From NCBI GenBank assembly GCA_965203515.1, contig OZ241907.1, positions 3,392,001 through 3,456,000 of the forward strand: DNA of 64,000 nt, given 5' to 3'. Under the pieces are notes generated by a model. That model saw nothing but the letters and a program-made list of their open reading frames with translations, ran no database searches and had not been told where the DNA came from. Source of the DNA: Spirochaetia bacterium (GTDB taxonomy: Bacteria; Spirochaetota; Spirochaetia; SZUA-6; Bin103). Position numbers and translations under genes: made by a program. Shown piece after piece: positions 1 to 8,886 of the stretch; positions within the stretch are counted from its first letter, which is position 1; every line of letters begins with the position of its first letter.

Positions 1-129
1 CGGATCATCCCCCGCTTCGAGGATCTCTACCGCCGCGTGCTGGGCCTGCCGGCCGGCGCCGAGCCGGAGGCCGACGACGGCGACGCGCACGCCGAGTCTT
101 TCGACCACGATCGCCGTGCGCGCGCGTGA
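1..129 (+). CDS. 3' end of an upstream gene, possibly a GT4-type glycosyltransferase (partial)
   Basis: Frame 1 reads RIIPRFEDLYRRVLG... to TGA at 127-129 and overlaps the hemC start; the helix resembles GT4 C-termini. Confidence 0.35.
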   Translation, partial: RIIPRFEDLYRRVLGLPAGAEPEADDGDAHAESFDHDRRARA

Positions 130-1036
130 CCGGCGCCCGCTGCGCGTGGGGACGCGGCGCAGCGCGCTGGCCCGCGCGCAGGCGGCACTGGTCGCCGCCC
201 GCCTGCCGCGGCCGGTGACGGTCGTGCCGATCGCGGTGGCGGCCGACGCCGACCGGCGGCCGCTGCAAGCGTTGGCCGGCACGCGCGCCTTCACCGGCGC
301 CATCGAGCGCCGCCTGCTGCGCGGCGACATCGATCTGGCGGTGCACGCGCTCAAGGACCTGCCGGTAGCGCCGGCCGCGGGGCTGCGGGTGGCCGCGCGG
401 CTGCCGCGCGGGCCGGTCGGCGATCTGCTGCTGCGGCGCGGTACCGACGCCGGCGCGCCGCTGGGCCTGCCGGCCGGCGCCCGCGTCGGCACCGGCGCTC
501 CGCGCCGCGCGGCCCTGCTGTCCGTGCACGCGCCGCAGGCGCTGGCGGTGCCGATCCGGGGCAACGTGCCGACGCGCGTCGAGCGCTGCGTGCGGGGCGG
601 CGTCGACGCGGTCGTGCTGGCGCAGGCCGGCATCGAACGGCTGGGCGCGGCGATCGGCCCGCTGCTGGCGGAGTTGCGCAGCGTGCCGCTCGATCCGCCC
701 GGCTGGCTGCCGGCGCCCGGTCAGGCCGCGATCGCGGTGCAGGCGCGCGACGACGATCGGGAGCTGCTGGAGACGCTGGCGGCGATCGATGACGCCGCTA
801 CCGGCGTGGCCGTCGACCTGGAGCGGGCGCTGCTGCAGGCCGCCGGCGATGGGTGCCGCTCGTCGCTCGCCGCCTGGGCCCGGCCGGCCGGCGACGCCGG
901 GTGGCGGGCCGACGTTGCCCTGCTCGACGGCCGCGGCCGCTGGCAGACGCGCCAGGCGACCGGCGGCGCGCGGGCGGTCCGCGCCGAGTTGACCGACTGG
1001 ATCGGCTGCGTGAGCCGGGCCGGGAGTCCCCCCTGA
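116..1036 (+). CDS. hemC: Hydroxymethylbilane synthase (porphobilinogen deaminase), divergent
   Basis: Motifs LRVGTRRSALARAQA, DLAVHALKDLP, PIRGNVPTR, LPAPGQAAIA and cofactor Cys in GDGCRS. Confidence 0.9.
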   Translation: MRARDRRPLRVGTRRSALARAQAALVAARLPRPVTVVPIAVAADADRRPLQALAGTRAFTGAIERRLLRGDIDLAVHALKDLPVAPAAGLRVAARLPRGPVGDLLLRRGTDAGAPLGLPAGARVGTGAPRRAALLSVHAPQALAVPIRGNVPTRVERCVRGGVDAVVLAQAGIERLGAAIGPLLAELRSVPLDPPGWLPAPGQAAIAVQARDDDRELLETLAAIDDAATGVAVDLERALLQAAGDGCRSSLAAWARPAGDAGWRADVALLDGRGRWQTRQATGGARAVRAELTDWIGCVSRAGSPP

Positions 1037-2151
1037 CCCTCGTCCACGCCTCCGACCTGCACCTTTCCGAGGCCGAGTCCGACTACTGCCTGGAGGTGCT
1101 CGACGAGCTGGTCGAGCTCTGCGTCGGCGTGCAGGCGAATGGTCTGCTGCTGGCCGGCGACGTCTTCGACAGCTTCGACGCCGCCGAGGCGTTGCACGCG
1201 CCGTTCGGCGCCCGCGTCGAGCGTCTGGCGGAACGCTGCCGCGTGCTGTTCCTGCCGGGGAACCACGACGAGCTGCGGCAGGGATCACGGCGGCTCCGCG
1301 CGCTCGACCTGGGGCCGGTGACGCTGCTCGACCGCAGGCCGTTCTCGCTGGTGCGGTTGGCAGCCGGGGCAGGCGAGGGAGCGGACGACCGGGAAGCGGT
1401 CGAGGTGGTGGCGATTCCCGAACAGCCGAGCTACGACGGCTACCGCGCCTGGGGGGTTCCGGCCAAGGCCGCGCCGGTGCGCATCGTCCTGGCGCACGGC
1501 ATCGTGCCGGGCATGGCGTACACGGGACCGGCCGGCGACGACGGGGAGGAGGAGCCGGCCGGGCTGCTGGCGGCGCGTCTGTTCCGGGACCTGCAGGCCG
1601 ATTACGCGGCGCTCGGCCACCTGCACGGCCGGCGGCAGGCGGTCGAGGATGGCGTGAAGCTCAGCTATCCGGGTTCCGCGCGCGTGTGCCGCCGCGGCGA
1701 GTCGGGGGAGCGCGGCGTGTGGCGTCTCACCGCCGGCGGCGCCGGCCTGGCCGCCGAGTTCGTGACCATGCGCGCGGCCGGCCGGTACCGGGAGTGCGAG
1801 GCGCCGATCGATCCGTCCGGCGCCGTCGACGTGGCGCCGCTGCGCCCGGAGCGCTGGCACCGCAATGACTGGATCGTGCTGCGCGCCGCCGGCGTGGTGG
1901 AGGACCAGAACGACCTGTCGGCCGCGCTGGCCGATCTGCGCGGTCGCTATGCCGGCGCGGTGCGCCGGTTCGAGATCGACGCGGCCGACTGCCAGGCGAT
2001 GCCGGGCATCGCTGCGCAGCCGCTGGCCGCCCGCTTCCTGGAGCTGTGGGCGGCCGGCGAGCCGCAGGACCCGGCCGAACGGCCGGCGTGGCTGCGCGCG
2101 CGGCAGCTCGGCCTGCTGGCGATCAAGCAGGAGTTGGCGGCCGGCCGATGA
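1033..2151 (+). CDS. Metallophosphoesterase / DNA repair exonuclease, SbcD-Mre11 (YhaO-like) family
   Basis: HASDLH, AGDVFD, PGNHD, LAHG, ALGHLH and YPGS motifs. Start is uncertain; CTG at 1033 overlaps the hemC TGA and follows GGGAG. Confidence 0.88.
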   Translation: MTLVHASDLHLSEAESDYCLEVLDELVELCVGVQANGLLLAGDVFDSFDAAEALHAPFGARVERLAERCRVLFLPGNHDELRQGSRRLRALDLGPVTLLDRRPFSLVRLAAGAGEGADDREAVEVVAIPEQPSYDGYRAWGVPAKAAPVRIVLAHGIVPGMAYTGPAGDDGEEEPAGLLAARLFRDLQADYAALGHLHGRRQAVEDGVKLSYPGSARVCRRGESGERGVWRLTAGGAGLAAEFVTMRAAGRYRECEAPIDPSGAVDVAPLRPERWHRNDWIVLRAAGVVEDQNDLSAALADLRGRYAGAVRRFEIDAADCQAMPGIAAQPLAARFLELWAAGEPQDPAERPAWLRARQLGLLAIKQELAAGR

Positions 2152-4259
2152 TCACCCGCCTGCGGCTCGAACGGTTCGGGATGTTCGTGGACCGCGAGCT
2201 GCGGTTCGGCGCCGTGACGCTGTTCGTGGGGCCGAACGAGAGCGGCAAGACCACGATCGTCGACGCCCTGTGCGAGGCGCTCTGCAGGCCTCGGTCCAAC
2301 CGGAGCGCCGGCAAGCGCCTTGCGCTCCGCTACGGAACCGAGCGGCGGGCGACCGCCGAGTTCGACGGCGAGCCGATCTCGATCCCGGACGATGCGTTCT
2401 ACGACCTGTACGCGATCCGCTCCGGCGACCTGACGATCGACGTCAAGCCCGGCAGCAGTTGGGTGGAGGCGCTGAAGGCGGAGCTGTTCACGGCCGGACT
2501 CGACCCGAAGCGGTTGCACGCCGCGCTGGCGCGGCGCGCCAGCACCGACGGCGGCAGCCGCCACAACCGCGAGCTGCGGCAATTGCAGGAAGAACGGCGC
2601 CGGCTCGAAGAGCGGCGCGGCGAGTTGCGGCAGCGCGCCGCCGCGTCCCGCGCCGCCGAGTCGGCCGTAGCCGACCTGCGCGCCGAGCGGGGCCGGTTGG
2701 CCGCCGAGCTGGAGGGCGTGGCCGGCGATCTGGAGGAGCGGCAGCGGCAGGCGCGCCGCCGCCTGCAGCAGGCCGAACGGCGCGAGGCGGAGCGGCTGCT
2801 GCAGCGCTTCGAGGAGCTCGACGCGGAACCGGCCGCGGCGCCTGCGTCTTCCACGGAGGCCCGCCTGCAGGAGCTGTCCGACGCCAACGACGCGGCGGTC
2901 CGGGAGATCGAGCGCGCGCGCGACGAGCTGGAGCAGGCGCGCGGCCAGCTACCCGACCCTGACGACGGCCCGCCGGCTCGCGCGGCGCTCTCGGAAGGGT
3001 CCGGGGTGACCGTTTCCGCCGCGGAAATCGCTCTGGGCCTGTTCGCCGGGGGCGCGCTGGCCGCGTTGCTGGCGGTCGTGGGCCTGCCGGTGCTGGCCGC
3101 GGCCGCCGTCGGCGTGGCCGCCGCCAGCGGCACCGTGGCGGTGGCCACGCTGATCCGGCATCGGGCCGCCGGGGTCGCCGCCGTGCAGGAGGAGATCGAC
3201 CGCGCCGCCGAGCGGCTGCGCGGGCGCCGCGAACGGCACGAGCGGACCGAAGGCGAGCTGCGCGGCTTCCTGCAGCGGCACGGGGCGGAGTCCAGGGAGC
3301 AGTTGCTGCTGCAGCTCGGCGGCGCTCAGGCCGAGGAGGCGCGCCGGCGCGCCGTGGAGGAGGAGCTTGCCGCGGCGGCGGGCGAGCGCGGGCTGCGCGA
3401 CCTGGACGCCCTGCGCGAGGCGCTCCGCGCCCGGCTGCAGGAACCGCCGGACGCCCCGGCGGCGCGCCCGCCGGATGCTCCGGCGGGGGGGCTGGATGCT
3501 CCGACGGGGCCGGCCGGTGCACACGCGGCCGACGACGAAGAGCGGCTGCGCGGCCGCGCCGCCGAGCTGCGCGAGCGGCTGGAACGGCTCGACGAGCGGA
3601 TGACCCGCGACCGGGAACAGGCGGCGGCGCTGAGCGCCGGCGCGGACGAGATGGCCGACCTCGACCCGCGCGCCGCCGCCGCCGAGCGCCGCATCGCCGC
3701 GCTGGAGCTCGACCGGCGCGCGGCCGGCGTCGCCGCCGCGCTGTTTGCCCGCATCGCCGACGAATCGACCGCCGCGCTCGACGAGCTGTCCGCCGACATC
3801 GGCGCCGGCTACACGGCGCTCTCCGGGAGCGCCGCCGGACCGGAAGGGGTCTACACGGCCGGGACCGCGCAGCCGACCGCCGCGCCGGGTCTGTCGTCGT
3901 CGGTGAACCTGCAGGCGCTGGAGGAGCAGCCGCTGGTGGTCGATGCCTACGGCGCCGCGCGGCCGGCCGACCGGCTTTCGCACGGCACGCGCGACGCCTA
4001 CGCCCTGGCCGCTCGCCTGGCCCTGGCCGAGCGGGCGCAGCGCGAACCGGCGCTCCTGGTCATGGACGAGCCGTTTCGGTCGATGGACACCACGCGCATG
4101 CGCCGCGCCCTGCGGCTGGTCGCCCGCTTCCGGGAGCGGACCGGCTGGCAGCTCGTGATCCTGACCGCTGACGAGCGGGTGGCGCTGGCGGTCTCCACCC
4201 AGTTCGCCGGAGCGCCGGTGCACCGCCTGTCGATCGAGACGACGGCGACCGACCTCTGA
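2148..4259 (+). CDS. SbcC/Rad50-like (YhaN-type) ATPase with coiled coil and central hydrophobic segments
   Basis: MITRLRLERFG start, Walker A GPNESGKTT, long coiled coil, LSHGT signature, Walker B LVMDEPF; ATGA overlap with the nuclease gene. Confidence 0.88.
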   Translation: MITRLRLERFGMFVDRELRFGAVTLFVGPNESGKTTIVDALCEALCRPRSNRSAGKRLALRYGTERRATAEFDGEPISIPDDAFYDLYAIRSGDLTIDVKPGSSWVEALKAELFTAGLDPKRLHAALARRASTDGGSRHNRELRQLQEERRRLEERRGELRQRAAASRAAESAVADLRAERGRLAAELEGVAGDLEERQRQARRRLQQAERREAERLLQRFEELDAEPAAAPASSTEARLQELSDANDAAVREIERARDELEQARGQLPDPDDGPPARAALSEGSGVTVSAAEIALGLFAGGALAALLAVVGLPVLAAAAVGVAAASGTVAVATLIRHRAAGVAAVQEEIDRAAERLRGRRERHERTEGELRGFLQRHGAESREQLLLQLGGAQAEEARRRAVEEELAAAAGERGLRDLDALREALRARLQEPPDAPAARPPDAPAGGLDAPTGPAGAHAADDEERLRGRAAELRERLERLDERMTRDREQAAALSAGADEMADLDPRAAAAERRIAALELDRRAAGVAAALFARIADESTAALDELSADIGAGYTALSGSAAGPEGVYTAGTAQPTAAPGLSSSVNLQALEEQPLVVDAYGAARPADRLSHGTRDAYALAARLALAERAQREPALLVMDEPFRSMDTTRMRRALRLVARFRERTGWQLVILTADERVALAVSTQFAGAPVHRLSIETTATDL

Positions 4260-4269
4260 CCTGACCGCG

Positions 4270-5325
4270 CTAGCGGTCGTCCAGCCAGTAGTCGGCGAGG
4301 TCCGCCGGTATCGCCCGGCCGGCGCCGGCCGCCCGTGCGGCGCCATCGTCAAGGTCAAGCCCAAGCGCACCGTCGACGGCGTGCAGCAGGCGCAGCACCG
4401 CTCCGTATTCGCGGCGGTCGAATGCCGCCGACGCCTGGGCGAATGCCGACGCCCGGGCGAATGCCGCCGCCTGCCGGGCGGGGGATGCGCCGCCGGCCGC
4501 GTCCGCATCTGTGTCATCCGCGCCATCCGCGTGCCGGCCGGCTGCACGCGGGCCGGCGGTGTCCCGCTCGCGCGTGCGCTCGTCCAGGGAGCGCAGCGCG
4601 GCCTGCGCCTGCCGGGCGCGCGCCGGGTCGCGGTCCCGCTCCAGCCGGCGGTAGATCGAACGGAGCAGGTCCGCTTCCGCATCGCTCAGGTCGGGACGCT
4701 CCGCCAGCCAGCGGACGCGCTCCCGGTCGTACGGAGCTGCGTTCACCGGCAGCGTCGACGTGCAGCGGTACACGAACGGCTCGACCGGCGCCACGCCGCC
4801 GGCGCCCCCGTCCCCGCCGGCGCCCGCCTCGCCGGCGCCCGACCCGGCACGCCACGCGGTTGCCGCGGGGGCCGCGGCGCGCGGCTCGCCGTCCAGCAGG
4901 CCGGCGGCGATCGTCTCCCGCACGCCGGCCAGCTCGGCAGCGGTGCGCAGCGCCGTCTCGCCGGCAGCGGAGTCCTGCAGCGCTGCCCGCAGCTCGCCCT
5001 GCCCGGCCGGCCCGGTCACCGACGCGTGCAGCACGCCGCCGGCGTCCAGGCTGACGCGCAGCACCAGGTCGGGCCGTCCGGCGCCGTCCGGCGCCGCGTC
5101 GTCCGCCCCCGTCTCCAGATGCACCGTGCCCAGATGCCGGTAGCGCTCGCCGCCGCCCGGCTCCTCCCGGAACAGCTCGACGTCGGCGGCGCGCTGCGCC
5201 GCCTCGGCGGTGGTGAGCACGACCTGCCGGACGCCGCGGAAGGTCTCCGACATCAGCGGATAGAAGCAGCCGTCGGCGGTGCGCAGTCCGATCCGCGCCG
5301 CCCCCGGCGCCGGGCGCACCGTCAT
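4270..5325 (-). CDS. Hypothetical protein: N-terminal Hsp70 C-terminal-like domain (spirochete type) plus PelE-like helical C-terminus
   Basis: IGLRTADGCFYPLMSETFRGVRQVVLTT...DVELF...LGTVHL...LRVSLDAGGVLHASV, then AFDRREYGAVLRLL...YWL. ATG at 5325 overlaps the upstream stop. Confidence 0.6.
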   Translation of the reverse strand: MTVRPAPGAARIGLRTADGCFYPLMSETFRGVRQVVLTTAEAAQRAADVELFREEPGGGERYRHLGTVHLETGADDAAPDGAGRPDLVLRVSLDAGGVLHASVTGPAGQGELRAALQDSAAGETALRTAAELAGVRETIAAGLLDGEPRAAAPAATAWRAGSGAGEAGAGGDGGAGGVAPVEPFVYRCTSTLPVNAAPYDRERVRWLAERPDLSDAEADLLRSIYRRLERDRDPARARQAQAALRSLDERTRERDTAGPRAAGRHADGADDTDADAAGGASPARQAAAFARASAFAQASAAFDRREYGAVLRLLHAVDGALGLDLDDGAARAAGAGRAIPADLADYWLDDR

Positions 5326-6761
5326 CCGGCGCCGCCGCTTCCGGCAACGTCGCCGCGCGAACGTTCCCGGTGCTGCATCGCCAGCAGGTTCTCCGCCATG
5401 CGCAGCAGCGCGTCCGCGTCGTCCACCCCGCGCGCGAGCGACGAGTAGCCCACGGCCAGCTCCGGCCGCGCGCCTCCGCAGTCGTCCGGCGCGGCCGGTT
5501 CCGCCGCCCAGCGGAGCAGGTCGAGCGCGAACAGCGCCGCGCCGTCGAAGTCGAGGCCGGGACAGACCACCGCCAACTGCCCGTCGTGCTTGTAGTGGAA
5601 GCAGCGCGCCGCCCCGGCGGCGATCCCCCGGGCCGCACGGAACACCGCTTCGATCACCCGGTCGCCGTGCTCCGCCCCGGCGTCGCTCACCAGCCGGTGA
5701 TAGTTGCCGATCCGGATCAGGATCACGCTCAGGGTGCCGCCGCCGGCCGCGCACGCGGCCACCTCCGCCGGCAGTACGCGGTCGAGTTGCTCGAACAGCG
5801 GATAGCCGGTGTACGCCGAACGATCGGCCGGCGCAAGGCCCGATTCGTACGCGATCGCCTGCTCCAGCGGCGCGGCCGCGACCGCCGCGGTCAGCAGGAG
5901 CAGATGCTCCGTGTGGGCGTTGAACCGCTCGAACGGCAGGCGTTCGACGTCGATCACCCCCCACGCGCGCGCGCCGGCGCGCAGCGGCGCCGCATAGACC
6001 ACCGCGCCGCGGTCTGCGCGCCGCAGCGTCTCGTAGCGCGTCAGGTGCTTGGCGGAGAAGAGCCGATCGTTGCGCAGCACCCATCCCTCGATGCTGCCGT
6101 TGACCGGCAGACGGCGCTCGGCACGGTCATCGGCGTCCCCGCCGGCCGTCGCCCGGACCACCAGCTCGCCGGCGGCGGCGTCGAACTGCCAGAGTGAGCA
6201 GCGGTCCGCGCCGGTCAGCTCCGACACCGTGTCGAGCAGCACGCGCAGCGTCTCGTCCACGTTCGCCGACGACAGCTCGCGCCACCTGGAGTGGAGATAG
6301 GCCAGCGAATCGCGCTGGCCGCTCACCTGCCGTTCCAGCTCGCTCGCCGCGGCCAGCAACCCGGTGCGCTGGCGCTCCGCCACGTCGCGCGCGCGGCCAA
6401 GATCGGCCGCCTCCCGCTGCAGGCGCCGCATCCGCCGGCGCCCGGCGAAGTGGATCAGGCCGAACAGCAGCACGCCGATCACCGCGGTCAAGGCGAGCGT
6501 CGGCAGGCGGGGATCCGCGAGCGGGTCGGACGCGGCCGGTACGGCCGGGCCGATCTCCAGCCCCGCGTACGCGAGCGCGGCACCGGCGGCCAGCGCCGCG
6601 TAGCCGGGCAGCCAGCCGCGGTAGGCGGCGATCACCAGGGCCGCCAGCAGATAGGGATTGACGATGGCGTCGAGCAGCCCCGGGTCGTCGGTGACCGTCA
6701 GATCGAGCGCGAAGGCGGCGGCCGCCAGGACGAACGCTTCGATCAGGTATCGGGCGCGCAC
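5322..6761 (-). CDS. PelD-like membrane protein: TM region, coiled coil, GAF domain, degenerate GGDEF-fold domain
   Basis: About four N-terminal hydrophobic segments (NPYLLAALVIAAYRGWLPG), GAF (LTGADRCSLW...GSIEGWV...YAAPL), GGDEF fold with HDGQL in place of GGDEF. Confidence 0.7.
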   Translation of the reverse strand: MRARYLIEAFVLAAAAFALDLTVTDDPGLLDAIVNPYLLAALVIAAYRGWLPGYAALAAGAALAYAGLEIGPAVPAASDPLADPRLPTLALTAVIGVLLFGLIHFAGRRRMRRLQREAADLGRARDVAERQRTGLLAAASELERQVSGQRDSLAYLHSRWRELSSANVDETLRVLLDTVSELTGADRCSLWQFDAAAGELVVRATAGGDADDRAERRLPVNGSIEGWVLRNDRLFSAKHLTRYETLRRADRGAVVYAAPLRAGARAWGVIDVERLPFERFNAHTEHLLLLTAAVAAAPLEQAIAYESGLAPADRSAYTGYPLFEQLDRVLPAEVAACAAGGGTLSVILIRIGNYHRLVSDAGAEHGDRVIEAVFRAARGIAAGAARCFHYKHDGQLAVVCPGLDFDGAALFALDLLRWAAEPAAPDDCGGARPELAVGYSSLARGVDDADALLRMAENLLAMQHRERSRGDVAGSGGAG

Positions 6762-6773
6762 CGCGGGTACCGC

Positions 6774-7568
6774 TCAGGCGCGGGCCGCGGCAGCCGGCGA
6801 ACGAGCGGTGCGGCGCTGCGCTCGAAACAGGGTGCGCGGGGTCGAGCCGTCGATGAGCGGCTCGAGCTCCGCCGTGCCGTTGCCGACGATCACGTCGATC
6901 CCGTGCGCGGTCATCAGCTCGGCGGCGTCGACCTTGGACGACATGCCGCCCAGCCCCAGCGGGCTCGCCTCGCGGGAGGCGTGCGCGCGGATGTCGTCGT
7001 CGACCCGCTCGACCAACGGGATCAGGGGCCCGTGCTCGCCGCCGGCGCGCAGGCCGTCGACGTTGGTCAGGATCACCGCCAGATCGGGCTTGACGCCGAC
7101 GGCGACCAGCGCTGCCAGGATGTCGTTGTCGGTGAAGTGGCCGCGCGAGTCGAGCTCTTCCTTGTTCACCAGATCGTTTTCGTTGATCACCGGCACGATC
7201 CGGCGCGACAGGTACGCGTCCAGGATGCGCAGGATCGTGCGCTCCTCCCGCGGGGTGTCGAAATTGTAGTGCGTCAGCAGCACCTGCGCGATCTGCACGC
7301 CGTGCTCCCGAAACAGCTCCCGATAGCAGTCGGCCAGCGGAATCTGGCCGATGCCGGACAGCATCTGCAGCTCCAGCGGCTCGGCCGGGCGCTCGGCCAG
7401 CCCCACCACCTCCATGCCGGCGGCCACCGCGCCGGAGCTGACCATCAGCACCTCGTCGCCGCGGCGCAGCAGCGCGGCGATCTCGCCGACCTTGCCGCGC
7501 AGCCACGGCCGATCGAGCCGCGGTCCGGCGCCGATCGCGCCGGTGCCGATCTTGATGAGGACGCGCAT
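6774..7568 (-). CDS. proB: Glutamate 5-kinase (no PUA domain)
   Basis: VLIKIGT, VSSGAVAAG, VPVINEND, DNDILAA, GLGGMSSKV motifs; adjacent to proA. Confidence 0.93.
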   Translation of the reverse strand: MRVLIKIGTGAIGAGPRLDRPWLRGKVGEIAALLRRGDEVLMVSSGAVAAGMEVVGLAERPAEPLELQMLSGIGQIPLADCYRELFREHGVQIAQVLLTHYNFDTPREERTILRILDAYLSRRIVPVINENDLVNKEELDSRGHFTDNDILAALVAVGVKPDLAVILTNVDGLRAGGEHGPLIPLVERVDDDIRAHASREASPLGLGGMSSKVDAAELMTAHGIDVIVGNGTAELEPLIDGSTPRTLFRAQRRTARSPAAAARA

Positions 7569-7572
7569 GCCG

Positions 7573-8886
7573 TCAGCCCGTCCCGCCCGCCGGCGGCGCC
7601 GGCAGGTCGCGGTGATGGAAGCGGCGCGCGCCGCCGGTGTAGTCGGCGACCACGTGGCCGTCGCCCTGCAGGCGATAGGCGTAGGTGGTGAGCCCTTCCA
7701 CGCCGACCGGGCCGCGCGCGTGGATGCGCGTGGTGGAGATGCCGACCTCCGCGCCCAGCCCGAAGCGGTAGCCGTCGGCGAAGCGGGTCGAGCAGTTGCA
7801 CAGCACCGATGCCGAGTCGACCTGCGCGAAGAAGGTGTCGGCCGCCTGCCGGTCGGTGGTCACGATCGCGTCGGTGTGGGCGCTGCCGTGCCGGTTGATG
7901 AAGGCGATCGCCTCCTGCAGATCGTCCACGACCTTGAGCGCCAGAATCAGGTCGAGGTACTCGGTGTCCCAGTCGGCCGCCGCCGCCGCCGGCACGTCGA
8001 TCAGCGCGCGCACCCGCTCGTCGCCGCGCAACGCTACCTGCGGCAGGGCTTCCCGCAGCCGCGGCAGCAGCCGGTCGGCGACCGCGGCGTGCACCAGCAC
8101 CGTCTCCGCGGCGTTGCAGACCGCCGGATACTCGGTCTTGGCGTCGACGACGATCGCCACCGCCTGCTCCAGGTCGGCGGCGGCGTCGACGTACACGTGG
8201 CAGATGCCGTCGGCGTGGCCCAGCACCGCGATGCGCGTGCGGTCCTGGATGCTGCGCACCAGCTCGGGCGACCCGCGCGGGATGATCAGGTCGACCAGGT
8301 CGTCCATGCGCAGCAGGTCGTCGATCTGATCGCGGCCGGTCGCCAGGTGCAGGGCGCCGGCGAAGCGCGGGTCGGTGGCGGCCAGCGCCGCCGCTATGGA
8401 GTCGAACAGCGCCCGGTTCGACTCCGCGGCTTCCGAGCCGCCCTTGAGGATGGCGGCGTTGCCGGACTTGATGCAGAGCGAAGCGATCTGCACCAGCGCG
8501 TCGGGCCGCGACTCGAAGATCACCCCCAGCACCCCGATCGGCACGGTCACCCGCGTCAGGGTGAGGCCCTCGTCGAGCCGGCGCGCCACCTGTACCTGCT
8601 GCAGCGGATCGGGCGCCGCCGCCACTTCCTGCAGGCTGGCGTCGATCGCGGCGATCTTGGCGTCCGACAGGCCGAGCCGCTGGATGAGCGGCTGCGGGAT
8701 GCGGTCGGCGCGCGCGCGCTCGAGGTCGCGGGCGTTGGCGGCCTGAATCTCGGCGCGGTGGTCGCCGATGCGGCGGGCGATGGCGCGCAACGCGGCGTCG
8801 CGCAGCGAAGCCGGCATGGTGCGCAGCCGGCGGCCGGCCTCGCGGGCGCTGCGCGCCGCCCGCTCCATGCTCGCGGCCATGCTCAT
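7573..8886 (-). CDS. proA: Glutamate-5-semialdehyde dehydrogenase
   Basis: PIGVLGVIFESRP, LKGGSEA, VCNAAET, STRFADG, EVGIST, HARGPVG. Confidence 0.96.
   Translation of the reverse strand: MSMAASMERAARSAREAGRRLRTMPASLRDAALRAIARRIGDHRAEIQAANARDLERARADRIPQPLIQRLGLSDAKIAAIDASLQEVAAAPDPLQQVQVARRLDEGLTLTRVTVPIGVLGVIFESRPDALVQIASLCIKSGNAAILKGGSEAAESNRALFDSIAAALAATDPRFAGALHLATGRDQIDDLLRMDDLVDLIIPRGSPELVRSIQDRTRIAVLGHADGICHVYVDAAADLEQAVAIVVDAKTEYPAVCNAAETVLVHAAVADRLLPRLREALPQVALRGDERVRALIDVPAAAAADWDTEYLDLILALKVVDDLQEAIAFINRHGSAHTDAIVTTDRQAADTFFAQVDSASVLCNCSTRFADGYRFGLGAEVGISTTRIHARGPVGVEGLTTYAYRLQGDGHVVADYTGGARRFHHRDLPAPPAGGTG

Noticed and set aside
1033..4259. Named anti-phage system such as Wadjet, Lamassu or Gabija
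   Set aside because: Only a metallophosphoesterase plus ATPase pair in a housekeeping context; partner genes of those systems are absent
5322..5830. Active diguanylate cyclase
   Set aside because: The GG(D/E)EF motif is replaced by HDGQL and the metal-binding DxD region reads RIGNY
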